DNA from: Epiperipatus broadwayi
Taxonomy: Eukaryota > Animalia > Onychophora
NCBI GenBank assembly: GCA_028023455.1
Contig: JAQFVV010000003.1
Span: forward strand, 2,480,001 to 2,544,000
DNA length: 64,000 nucleotides
Direction of reading: 5' to 3'
This document shows, piece by piece, positions 37,511 through 52,190 of the stretch. A model generated the notes under the pieces. That model ran no database searches, had not been told where the DNA came from, and saw only the letters and a list, made by a program, of their open reading frames with translations. Positions within the stretch are counted from its first letter, which is position 1; each line of letters opens with the position of its first letter. Made by a program: the position numbers and the translations under genes.

Positions 37511-39930
37511 AAGTAAAGAAGCAAGATGAAATGTAGGGTTTGATATTGGGCTAGTGCTAGTTGAATGGTAGAATAGTGAAGCTCAATCTTGTGCTAAGAT
37601 TGATTGCTTCAGTATGTTCTAAAATTTTGTAAAACATTTAACATTATGATAGAACACATTATGTGAAATATTGCACCTCAAATTCAAAAGAGATAATAAA
37701 GGAACGATAAAATCAATATAAACTGAAGAAATTTTATTAATGAACTTGATCACTTATGGCACTTTGAGACAGAAAAACATTTGCTGTCATATTGTAAAAA
37801 TTATTTACAAATTTTCTTTTATTTTTTTAAAGTATGGTTATGTATGGTGTGCAGGAAAGAAAAAATGATTGCTTGGATATTATAAATTAAATGTATAAAT
37901 TTTAATGTTTTTCTTGTTTGTTTATTTATTTACTTTTTTTTTTATTTTTGGATCATGGATAACTGAAGTTGCATATATTGATACAGTGTAATTTGTGATT
38001 TTACTGTATTGTTCAATAAAAATCCAAAAATTTTAAAATATCAGATTTCATTTTTATTTATTTTTTGGTAGTATTATAAAAGAGATTAAGATAATCTTTT
38101 GATATCTCAGTTAAACTTACAGCCACATGACTAACTAGTATCTCTTGTTTAGCAATAATTAAAATAAATATAAAAAGAAGAATGAAAAACTACATTTCAG
38201 TCTGTGTTGAAATTATTCTGAATTGCAATTAATGTATTTTAATTCATTTACTGATTATAGATATACAATAGATTAATGCCTATGGTGATATAAGATGGTA
38301 AGAGAGTAAAAAACTTCATTCTCCCCTGCTCCACGACTGTCGTTTTATAAAACACCATTCCAAAAGTTAAAAAAATATATCTGATTTAAAGAAAAAGACT
38401 AATTATAGTAAGTTATGACTTTGCATCTTTTAAAATTAATTATCGGAGAGTTTCATACAGAATTGATCAAATGCCTTAATTCATAAAGCTATGCAACTGT
38501 ATGGTTGAAAATAAACATTATTTTATGACTGTTTATTTGAATTTGCAAGCATTCACTTAAGCAAAATATATACATTAATGAAAGCCAAATCGGTACTCTA
38601 GAATTTCTGTAGAGAGGCAGTAATAAAAAAGCTTGTAAGACCAAAGAAGCATTAAATCAGATGGTCACATTTCTAATAAATGTTCTACGATAAAAATTGT
38701 CATTTCTAAATGTTTCGTACTTTGAGAAACAAAAAAACTAAATTTTGTTTTGGATATTTTCTATAAAAAAACGCTATTAAGTAAATATAATTAAGGCAAT
38801 TTCAGTCTATTTAATAGTAATTATGCCTCTTTTATGTATCTAATACAATTACTATTTTGATATATTAATAATGTAAGGGTTAAGATATTGGAATAACAAA
38901 CAAATATATTTAACATATATTTTATAATCACACATAATTAAAATATTTCTGTAATTAATATGAAATTGAATTTTTTTTAATTGTTGATTTAGAATATGTC
39001 CTTAGGATGTTTGATCTTATTTTAGTGTATAAACATTATTGTCTTATTATTCTGGTTATTTGAAATTATAAAATCATAGTAATAGTTTGAAAAAGTAAAA
39101 CATTTGAAGTTGAATTTTACGAATAAATTAAATTTTGTTTTAGTTTCTTCAGCAAAAATTCGAACCCATAATTTTGTGATTACAGTCTGATACTTTAATC
39201 CATTAAACAGTAGCATAGACCTTTTTTTTTTTAAATTAATAAGACTAATGGAAGAAAAAAAATATTTGTATTTAATTATTATTAATTATAGAAAAATAAA
39301 CAAACTTATTCATAACTTAATATAAAAATATTTTATGTTCAACTGAATGTAATTTAATTAAAGTTGAGAACTTTTACATTAAAAAATACATTAGGCCTAA
39401 TTCAATTAATTAAAAATGTTCTTAATTTACATTTTTTTTATTTTTCAAAATTAAAAATAACATTATATAAAAAGTTTTTTTTTCCATTAAAATAAATAAC
39501 ATTTTGAAAGTGTTTATATATATATTAATCTATACAGTATAAAATTTTAAATCAAAATAACTAAAAACAAGTTATTAATAAAACTTCAACCAAAAGCGGT
39601 AGCAATTAAAATAACCAGATAAATTTAAAACCTTGCAATTAATTAATGCTGAACAAAATAATGTAATCGAATGGTTTAAAAAGGTTTCAGAGGAAGGGTG
39701 GATCGCAATATCTTACGCAATGAAAATAGTGTAGTAATAATAGTGATTTATTCGAATTGTGTAAGTTAAAAAGATATTGTAACATGCAAAGTTAATATAT
39801 ACTTTTACATATTTTTCTGGTATCCTGGAGTATCTAAGAATACCAACTGGGTTGCATCCATAATGAACAAAGAGACAATAACTCAATTATAATTTAATTA
39901 GAGTTTATCTGTGCATAACAAATAATATAT

Positions 39931-41086
39931 TGTAACAGTCTGGGTTTTCCACCAGAAGAGGGGGAAGGCATCTAACTATTATCAGGCCTAGGGTCTTCAG
40001 GTAGGTTGCTGTAAATATCATGATGAAGTAACTAACCAATTATCATGTTTACTTTTGATGGGCTAGCTCTAAGTTTACTCATTAAATCCAGATGCAATTT
40101 AGACCAATTCATTTTTGCATCCAAGTTGTTCATATCTCCCTTCAAATTTTCCTTCATATACTGTTCATATTTACATTCAAGCTATTTATTTTTGCATTCA
40201 TGCTATTCACTTTTGATCCCATAACCATGATCATTTTGAACATTTGTTCTATCATTTTCATCTCTCCAGTATTCTGCTATTTTGATTCTGGGTGCTTGAG
40301 TTATTTCATGGGTGGGGATCTCTCGAATTTGAGCTGTTTGGTTCACTCCCTGCACATGTGATGATTTATCAGTTTCTCTTATGGACCCCTCAGGTACTTC
40401 TACTAATGTAGCTTCTTCTCTGCTGCTAGAAGTAGAGCACTCCATCTCACTACTACTTTCTTTACAGTGTCCTGTAAAATTTCCTCATCCATTCTTATTA
40501 GTTTCCTTCCATTCTTAAGTAACACTATTTATTCCTTTGTAAATATGAATAAAGATATATTATGGGACCTAGTTCTGTCTCCTGCCATTCTATGCTGGTC
40601 TATATATTGCTTTTAATGCCTAGCTTTTAGCCTGTCTATTTTACTTGCCTAACTTCTCTATTTTAGTTTAATTTTATTAATTAACTATTTATTAATAGTC
40701 TCAGTTTGTCATCACATTGCCATCAATCAATTCATATCCGATATTTCACAAGAAGTTTCTTTTATTGGTTAGATGTGTTAGCTAGTTGTTGCTCAGATAA
40801 ATTCCTAAAGGTAAATCAATTCCCAAAAAAAAAAAAATTTTTTTTATTAGTCCAATGGCTGGACTTCCTTGGAAACTTATGTTTCATCCCCCTAACATGC
40901 ACCAGAATGTAACAGTCTAGGTTTTCCATTAGAAGAGGGAAACATCTAACTACAATTGATCCTATGGTCTTTGGGTAGAATGCTGCGAATGATGTAATGA
41001 AGTAACTAACCAATGATCATGTCTACCTCCAGTGGGCTAACTCTAGATTTACTCATTAAATTCAGACATAATTTAGGCCAGTTCAT
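39931..41086 (-). mobile_element. Internally deleted LTR retroelement relic (minus strand)
   Basis: ~180-bp direct repeats 39931-40112 and 40908-41086, both starting TGTAACAGTCT (GTTACA LTR end on minus). TGGTGCATGTTAGGGG (PBS-like, 40889-40904, minus) follows the upstream copy. Decayed coiled-coil gag-like codons at ~40110-40450. Confidence 0.65.
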
Positions 41087-41423
41087 CCATCTCTCACCCC
41101 TCTTTTGGATTCTATTATTCTTCAGAATTCAAACCCAGGGAGAATGTTGACCTCAGCTCTCTTTAAGCTTGAATTTATTCTAGACAGCAACAACTGCATC
41201 ATGGTGTGGATTCCAATTGAGGGTAAGACTCACCTAACCATACTATTGTTTTGTTATGTAAAAGAAAGTGTGTGGGGGTGCATATACACTCAGTTATGAA
41301 TTGATGGATGGATGGATGAATGGATGGATAAATAAATCTGACAAACTAGAGACAATTTAATAAAAATCAATTGAACAAGATTTAAGTGACTAACAAAATT
41401 AAAATTCCAAAGTCTTATAACAT

Positions 41424-41471
<48 letters not shown>

Positions 41472-44127
41472 AAAAATGTATCTCTATCATATTGACAAAC
41501 AAACATATTTATTAACCCAACTCTTTCCATGATAGATATGCATGCTGAAACACTAAATATATTTACAAAGTAGAAAAAATATAACAAAAGAAAAATTATT
41601 AGTTCATCACTATAATGAATGTGAAACTACCTGACTATTTACAATATTATTTATAGATGTATGCATTAGCTACATAGTTCATTTCCAATGGTGGAGATTC
41701 CATTCACTTTGTGGAGCATCCCCTTGACTATGTACAAGTTTTCTACAATATATAGAAGAGAACATTCATGGACAAAGATGAGTCACTCATACTAAAAAAA
41801 CAAATATAAACATAGTTACTTAAAAAAATAAAATAAACAAACTCTGTCCTGTAGAAATGTATGGTCTTAATATGAAATAATGTCAAGTAAAATCTTACTT
41901 TATTCCATATTTTTTTAAAGATGATGATCCTAGCATCAAATCACTATGCAGGGGGAGCTAACCTAAATTTTATTCAATAAAAAAAATTTGAACTTAACAA
42001 ATCGCCCCCCCCCCCCATGCTTTCTCGATTCTAGCTACAATGGACTGTTCCAAGTATAGGTAATTCAGTTTCCAGATGTGGAAGTGAAATGAAAATAAAA
42101 CTCTACAAACATAAAAAATAATAATATATAGCAATTTAAAATTTACCCTGAATTATTCAGAATAAAGTTCATGGATTTGGCAAGTACTGTCCCTCGTAGA
42201 CACCTTTCCTAGCTGTTCCAGTCACCCTTCCTTGGCAAGTAGTGCATTGCTCATGGGAAATACTTGTTGGCTTGCTTGTACTGATGTTATTTCCTTTTTA
42301 TGTTGTTATTTTATTCTATATCCATTCTGAAGTTTCAGACAGGTATTTGATGTTTAAGCAAGCATTATATATAGATGAACATTAAATCATCACACCTCCT
42401 ATGGTCAGAGCTAATGACACTTCGGTCCCACAGCAATATTAAATTAGCCAGAATACATCATTTTGCAATTCATAAAATATTTAACATTTCTTGATTCAAC
42501 ATTTGGCATTTAATAAGTTATATGAGAAATGAATTATTTCATTCTATATATATATGCTGATAATATATTTCTTGTTTTTATTCACATTCAAATAATCGCA
42601 TAGTCTTTTTATTTCAAATATCCATTTAAATTAGCTCTACTAATTTTATTCAATTGTCTGAATCTATTAAAACTTTTTTTTGTTTAATTATTGATTGTAG
42701 TTTTGAATGTTTCCATCATGACAATTAGACTAACAATTTGGATTGTTCAAATAAATTGTCCATATTCTCTGATAATTGAACATTCTATTTTCTGATGTTG
42801 GTATTTTGAACCAAGTAAAAAGATGATGGAAATCAAATGAGTTTGCTTTTATACTGCCCCTGATTCACATTGTTTAGTAAGCTTGCATTTCATTTCCTCT
42901 TTCATTTATATATACATGCTTATTGTTATGCATGTCATGTTGATGGAAAGTAAAATACGATTACATAATAGAATTCTGTTTTCACCTTCCATATCTGATT
43001 ATCTAGTAACTGGCTTAATGATGTCTACCAAGTCTAAGTCTTGTCTAATGATGTGAGATGTTGACATTTAGTTTATTGTTTGTGTAAATATATATGTGAC
43101 TGATCTCTTGAATTTAATTTATTGAGATTTTTTTTTGAATTTAATTTATTGAGATGTTTTTTTCTTAGTATTGCATTTAAAATAAACATTGGTTGGGTGT
43201 ATATATATATATGTGTGTGTGTTTATTATCTAAATGATAATATACATTCAACTATCCATTAACTAAATTTATTTTTTAGATGAGTTTAATTTAGTGAATA
43301 ATGCACTATGAACCAAGGCTAATTCCAATTTGATTGTAAGCTACCTTTAAAATATATGTAATAGAATAAAACTAAATGTTAAACTTCAGAAAAGATAATC
43401 TCTATTGTAGAATCATCTTTGATAAATGTGTGTACATGAATGCTTTAAGTATTCATTTCACTGTATCCTTTTACAGAGCTTCTTACAGGTATTCTTAAAC
43501 TACATAATGTGCTGCTTCATGTTAGCACTCCTTCTACATGATCTAAATAAAATAGCATATATTAAGAAAGTCCAGCTTACTAACGATATGCAAATTTTTT
43601 AGAATGAACTTAGTGAGTAATGATTTATTGAAGTGTGTGTGGTGGTAATTATAACAAATAAAATATTTTTATTTATATACACACATATAGTATATATAAG
43701 CGCTTAAGCACGCTGAAGAAGAAGCTGTCAGTAGTAACAAAACAATAAATTAAATTAATCCAGGCCTAGTACTTTCAAGGTTTTCCTCTCATATTCATGG
43801 CCAAAATAAATTATAAACCATTGCTGTAATATTACTAAATAATAATGTATGCAAATGCGTATTCACACACATTGCATTATATTATTACACTAGTTCATTT
43901 CCTCCTCTCATCCTAGAAATTTATCATTTTATATAAAATATCTTGCAATCTTTTAGGTGTCTAACAATCTCAGACAAGTCTGGACAAAGCTAAATTTTTT
44001 CCTTTGTCATACAATGATGTCTGTAATTTTATGTTATCAAAGATATCATCTTAAATGAAAAAAAATATTGGATTTTTTTTCTTAAATCATTAATGAAGCC
44101 ACAACAATTATTTATATATATATATAT

Positions 44128-44670
44128 ATTATTAAAGTGGAAGTTAACTCTGCTTAATGTGCTATTTCTTAAATATTAAAAATCTCCATGCACTCTCCTG
44201 TCAGTAAGAGTTTAAAAAACTTAAGTGAATCACTTAAGTTTAGAGCATATTTCTATATACACCAACTCTCACTGACCATTCTTATATCAGGGCTTGAGTC
44301 TATTGTGTGTCTGATGTTATAATCAAATGTTGAATTGTACAAATTTAGTTAACCTCTTGCAGTTGGAATTTAATGTCTCATTTTTAACCACCTACAGTAA
44401 TAGTTATATGACTTATAAATGTAAATCTATTATTATATAGCACTAAAAACTAAATTTTTACAATTCAATATTTGATTATAACATCAGGCACACAATAGAT
44501 TCAAGCCCTGATTTAAGAATGGTCAGTGAGAATTGGTGTATATAGAAATATGCTCTAAACCTAAGTGATTCACTTAAGTTTTTTAAATTCTTACTGGTGG
44601 GTGAGTGCATGGAGATTTTTAATATTTAAGAAATAGCACATTAGCAGAGGTTGACTTCCATTTTAATAAT
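44128..44670. repeat. Long fold-back (~218-bp arms, ~105-bp loop), no ribozyme recognised
   Basis: 44128-44345 is the reverse complement of 44451-44670 with scattered mismatches. Low-complexity candidate TSD TATTTATATAT at 44109-44119 and 44698-44708. Confidence 0.85.
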
Positions 44671-45343
44671 TTCAAATTATTATTATTTAAGGCTTAATAT
44701 TTATATATGTTATTAATTAGAAAATAATATTTTGTTTAAAATATATTTCAGATTTATATATTAAATAATATATAGAACTGTTATATTTACAATTTCTCAT
44801 CTTCAGTCTGGCACCTTTTAATATATATTTTTTTTAGTTTAATGCCCTTCAAACTTTTACAGTGATGTATTTTTCACGGCTTTTAACTTTTCCTATTTTG
44901 TACTATTTTCTTTATTTCTTCTTTCATGTATATTTTCATTTCTAGTATTTCTTTGTATGTGTGTGTTTGGAAAATTTTACAAGTTAAATTACTTCAGAGT
45001 TTAAAAATTCTTGAAGTTTAAGCTATTTCTATTTGGGTCCTATATATTACTTGATAAAAGAAGATATTTCATCAGATATTTCAAACTACTTATAGACATC
45101 CAAAAGATATTAAGCCTATGTATTTGAAAAGATTGCAGCAATGCAAAAGAGATGTCCAACCATGCCTTTTGGCACTAGTTTAATTATATATATATTCCAT
45201 ATATGAGAGTAAAAAATTAAAAAGATTCTTATTTAAACAAAATGTTTCCTAATAATATTTTAGATTATTTTAATAATCTCTATACTTCCTCATTCTTTTT
45301 TATTCTTCATACAAATAAAGATACAATAAAAAACAAATAACTC

Positions 45344-45383
45344 CCAAGACGTATTTCATGTTGAACCAGCAGACATCAGTTGG
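45344..45383 (-). ncRNA. Family-B hammerhead relic (A9>U)
   Basis: Minus strand: CCAA-CTGATGT-CTGCT GGTTC AACAT-GAAA-TACGTC^TTGG. Stem I CCAA/TTGG intact. Confidence 0.55.
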
Positions 45384-45496
45384 CCCAGGTCACCAGCTCT
45401 CATATATATCTTCATTACATGAAGTGTATTTATCTTTGGTGAATTGTTACATCTTTATTTACAATCGCCAAACTTGCTCTACTCACAACTTCGACA

Positions 45497-45610
45497 TCAT
45501 TTGTTATATAATACAAAAGTTTAGAAAAATTAGTCAGAGAACACAATGTTTATCATTAATCATTTGATATATAATACAAAAGTTTAGATAAACTAGTTAC
45601 AGAACACAAT
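45497..45610 (+). repeat. ~62-bp tandem duplication
   Basis: ATCATTTG.TATATAATACAAAAGTTTAGA...AGAACACAAT occurs twice. Confidence 0.8.
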
Positions 45611-45742
45611 AATCATATCAGTGTTTGCACGTTTTATTTTTAAATTAAACAGATAGATTGACTATTGTTTTAATTATGATCAGTATTGTCTTGTACATAG
45701 ATTTGACCCTTTTATTAATCCACATTAAAATATATTTTATAT

Positions 45743-45932
45743 ATCTGAACTCATTATATAAATGAAAATATTTATGAGCCTTTCTTTTTGGTAGAATACA
45801 TTCTATATTTATAGTATTATGAAACGAAATGATTTTAGAAATCTGAACTCATTATATAAATGAAAATATTTATGAGCCTTTCTTTTTGGTAGAATACATT
45901 CTATATTTATATTATTATGAAACGAAATGATT
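45743..45932 (+). repeat. 98-bp near-perfect tandem duplication
   Basis: ATCTGAACTCATTATATAAATG... starts at 45743 and again at 45841. Confidence 0.92.
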
Positions 45933-48284
45933 AAGAAAGTAGTATTTAATTTGCCAGGTATTGGATCCAAAGCTATCTATTTCTATGAAGGATTTAATAT
46001 TAAGAATATTACTTTTGTAAAATAGCATTCAATAGCTAATCATTTTACTGAATTAAGTCTATGGTTCCCTTTTTATGCAAGATCGGACTCCAAGCAGAAA
46101 CATGTATTTAGTAGACTAAATTTATTTTAGAAATATATGCAATAATGATAATTGAAAGGTCACTAAATAAGTGAGTTATATTTCTAAGGGTCATCAATAT
46201 GTAGAGTTATAGCATTGATGCATTAAAGCCATATGGTATTTATTAATGGCAAGCAGTGCTTTATCATATAATATTTTTATATTATACATTATGATTATAA
46301 ATTTAATATTTTAAAATTGAACATGAAGAATCATTAGACAGTTTTGAGAATATATAAATATTATTATTTGTTTCATATTTGTATTTCTACAGGTGCTTGG
46401 GAAACATCAACTAAAAAATACTTTTGAAATGATACTATTAAAAAATAATATTGCTGGTTACTTAGATTTAATTAGGAAAGGCAACAGCGATATATAAAAA
46501 TGAATTCAATTTAAATTATAAAAGTATAATTTAAAGAAGTATTAATAATATTTTATTGGATATGTGATTTATAAATATTTGCCAATGAATGTATATTTGT
46601 TTGAGAATAGAAATAAAGAGTTATATTAAAAATTATATTATTATGAATCTGTAAATAAATTACTTTTTTTTATTATTTTGTTAAATAATATTAGGTTTCC
46701 ATTATTTTATATAAAAATGGTTAGGTCTGAATATAAGTCCATGGGTCTATTACTCCAAGAAACTCATGTGATCTTTAATTTGGCCAGGTATTAAAAATAA
46801 ATAGTGATGTGTTGATCATTTAACCATTAAATATTATAAAATAATTTTTTTAAATTAATTCATAGAGAAATAGTATATGCCCTGCTATACTTCCTGATGA
46901 TATTTATCAAGGGATACCAAAAGTTTGATGATGATCATGAATTCAACCCTGAAAGATGAAGCTAAGTATATCCATTATCTAGTATCATTAGGCTTACTAC
47001 ACCTTATTAACATGTATATTATATTGGATTCAAAATATCGTCCTTTTATACATTCCATAATGTACATTATCCCAATTTGTCTCAACCATTGTGATATATA
47101 ATAGATTGAATTTCTGTCACTGTTATAAAAAATATTCAATAGAGACTGAAAATTAAAATTAATCTAAATAAACCAAGTACGTTTTGATGCATTATTCATG
47201 GTTATAAAAACACACACACTCACAAAATAATCACTATTACAAATTAAAACACACACACACACACACATCCCTATTTGAATGTCATTGGTTTTCTGATTCA
47301 TCACACGTTCATTTTATACAAAAAACCAAGCCTTTTTAATATTTTATTCTCTCCTTTTTTTTTATAAATCATCTTCACGATATCTGGAACAAAATCATGT
47401 TTATGCTTCTTTTCCTGACTATAAAATACAGATAGATATACTTGTTAAATCAGTTTTAGCCTTTTTGTACGTAAGTGAATGTTATGTCATTCTTGATTTC
47501 AAATTTGCTTTTGTTTCATATTAGTATATATCTAGGCAATTTAATTGGGTGCATACTACTGCATATATAACTGTAAACTGATCCAAATTATTTATTTACT
47601 CTTTATTTTATGAATCAACTTATTTAAATTTACAAGAATCCTAATTCCAACATTGAACTTATCTGCACATATCTATCCAACCTTATTTCCAATACTCAAT
47701 GTATCTAACTTTTCTGTTTTTATACGTATTTCTTTTTAAATGCTCAGCTTATTTGTGTATATCAATGGTATTAAAATGATTTTATTATATCAGAAATATA
47801 AATTTCCAATTTTGCATTTTTATTAGATTTCAAACTAACAAATAATTGTTTCAATGCAAAAATGCTCCCAACCCATGAATTTATGCAGCATTGTTCCTTG
47901 ATATTTTACATTGACACATTCTTTAATATTAAATAGTTTAACAGACATTTTATAATAGAAAGAATTGAGACTCCACTTTATTTTTAAATCTAAATAACAA
48001 ATTTCCTCATCTCTAATCCAAATTGATTTTGATTTCTTATTTAATTCATCAAACATCTAATGAATAATAACATGTGGTATATATATGTATATAAACATGA
48101 CTCAAATACTGTACACATAAACAGATTTTACTAATATCAGAACAATTATATTATTATGTTTGGGTGCCAATGCTAGACTACAAATAACTGCACTAATAGA
48201 CAATCACATAAGCCAATTTTTTTCATTTCATATATCTTTCCTCTAAATGCAGCTACAATATTATTATATAGGTATGGGCGTGTT

Positions 48285-49646
<1,362 letters not shown>

Positions 49647-51254
49647 AAAATAACCTTTTTAAATAGTCTATGGCAAGACAAAGGCCTCAGGAAAGTCATT
49701 ACTCAATAGGCCTTTTAATTGTTAAGTGGTTAAGGTCTGTGCAAGATTTTATAATTGTTCGCTGTCTAGACAAGCATAACTAGATATCCATATATATATA
49801 TATATATTATTTATCACCTTGTAGAATTTAAAAGTTTTCCCCAATATGCCTTTTATAGATCCTCACTATAAACTAACTTAATTTATTTAACAAAACACAC
49901 TCTTTTCATTAAGGTTTTAACATTATTGTAATAGAACACTGTGTTTATATTTTGAAACCAATTCATAAAAATTTTGCTAATATAAATAAATACATAAGTG
50001 CACAAGAGGACAGATAATCTTTGAGCATCTAATTAAAAAGTTGAGTAAGGCAATTCCCTTTAACCGACCAAGTCTTTAACTTTAACATTTCGCTAAAATA
50101 TGTACAGAAAAATGTCGTTAATTAATAATTTCAGGAGAAACTAATGAATCAACAATATTTGAAAATCTATAATACTAAAAGTTTTCAAATGACAATCACT
50201 TTACTGTCAATAAACTATCTAAAAAATGCAACTTATAAATAGAATTATAAAAAGGAGTAAAAACCACTTTATTGCTTATATAAGTATCTGCTATTGCATT
50301 TAAACACAAAAATTATTTCCATTAGAATGATTTGTCTACTGTACTTTGAGCTATTTTTCATTTTCTTTTCTTTCCGTTGGACCACGCTGCGCCTAAAACA
50401 ATTATCAAAATCCACAAACTGCTGCTTTAAATTTCAGTGGTACCAAAGTCTTTTAAACTTTTAGAAACAGAAGTGCTAGAATATGAATGCTCGTTGATAC
50501 ATTCATAGATTCATTTGCAAAAGAAATAAGCTTTAAAATGGCCTCTCTGCGTAAAAGAAATATCAGAGCTATTTAAAATTTCAGCAAGAATAAGCTTTCG
50601 TGAGAAATGTTGATGCCTTAACATAATTTTTAAAATGTCAAAGAAAAGGTATACAAACTACTGTAATTAACAGACCTCTGATCAATTTTTTTAAAAAACA
50701 ATTTTCTCTATTTTATTTCTATTGTTTTTATGAATGAATGGGTATTCAATTTTTTTAATATCAATATATATATAATTTGCTAACATGGAATCAATACGAG
50801 TATATAAAAAAAAAAAAGAAACAAAGTTATTTGCAAATTATGTAGCAATACTTATTTTGGACAAGATAAAAAACTACTATTCTTTATAGTTTTTTTAATT
50901 TTTAGACGCATATGTATATGACTAAAACAGATTAAATTTATATCTATCTAAAAGTTTAAGTTTCATTACAATCGGTAAACCTAAACAATTTGAAGTAGAT
51001 TAATAACAGTTACAAACCTTCAAATAACTAATATACAATACTTTAAATATAGCGAACTACATAAGTCTCATCAGCTAATTGGTTACCATATATTAATTAC
51101 ATCACCTCAACTTTCATCCTTAAATCAATAGATTATTGGCAATCTGGTATCAAGGCAATACTATAATTAGTCAATAAATGGAATCATGTAGATATACCGG
51201 TATATGAAAAAATATTCCAAACGCATATTGCTAACTGAAAGTTAAATAAAAAAA

Positions 51255-51417
51255 ATTCAAATTATTTTTCCAAACGTTATAATATTTCAACAAGCCTTCA
51301 GTAAATAAGTATAAAGTCTGCATTTCAAATAACAGCCATTGTTTGAAATGCAGAGTTTATATTTATTTATAGGGGATGTTGTTGAAATATCATAATGTTT
51401 GGAAGAGTGGTTTGAAT
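51255..51417. repeat. ~163-bp imperfect palindrome
   Basis: ATTCAAATTATTTTTCCAAACGTTATAATATTTCAACAA...TAAATAAGTATAAAGTCTGCATTTCAAA pairs with TTTGAAATGCAGAGTTTATATTTATTTA...TTGTTGAAATATCATAATGTTTGGAAGAGTGGTTTGAAT; ~12-nt loop. Confidence 0.85.
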
Positions 51418-51826
51418 ATATTATACATACATTTTAGATTATATAATTACCATATTTATGAAAAATAAATTCTAGCTCAGTTATCTTCTTTATTCACTTT
51501 GTTTTTTATTCAAAAGAATTTATTAAATATTGATAGTGCTAAAATTGTATTAGTATAAAATATATGATAGTCTGCTTAAGACATCTGAGTTATGAAAACA
51601 CCTAAATGGCAAATTGAATCAAATTGAAATCTGGGGGGGGGGGGGTTTTACTCTTCTGAGAAATGATCTAGAAATCACATTACATTGCACAAGATATTTT
51701 AATAGTCATCATAAATCAATAATTTCTTTTGAAAAATGTCTTTACTAATTTCAAATATGAGTGTAAATGTATTGTGAAACTCTTGTCTACAATATCATTA
51801 TATAGATATGGAAGAAAGATTTTGAT

Positions 51827-52190
51827 TTGAATTCATTACTTAATGGTTCAAAGCAGTCTATTGATAGTAGATCTATTCCTGGTATTGTTTATAAGATTCC
51901 ATGTAGTTGTGGTAAGTTTTACATAGGCCAGAGTAAGTTTTGCCTTAATGAAAGGATTAAGATTCATATAAGTAGAGTTAAACATAGGTATTTTAAATCA
52001 GCTTTATATAGTCATTAATTGAATACAGATCATAGAATATTGTTTAACAATGCTTCAGTTATTTTTTATGAAAAGAATGAGTTAAAAAAAGGAGACTTTG
52101 ATAATAAAACTTCTTGATTCTGAGGCAATCAATCTTATGAAGACTTCTTTTGATATTAAGGGAAGATGGAGTTCGAAATGAATTATGGGA
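51827..52190 (+). pseudogene. Penelope-like element GIY-YIG endonuclease fragment
   Basis: GIVYKIPCSCGKFYIGQSKFCLNERIKIH...KSALYSH*LNTDHRILFNNASVI, the characteristic PLE GIY-YIG with CCHH spacing; stops present; no RT seen upstream. Confidence 0.88.
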
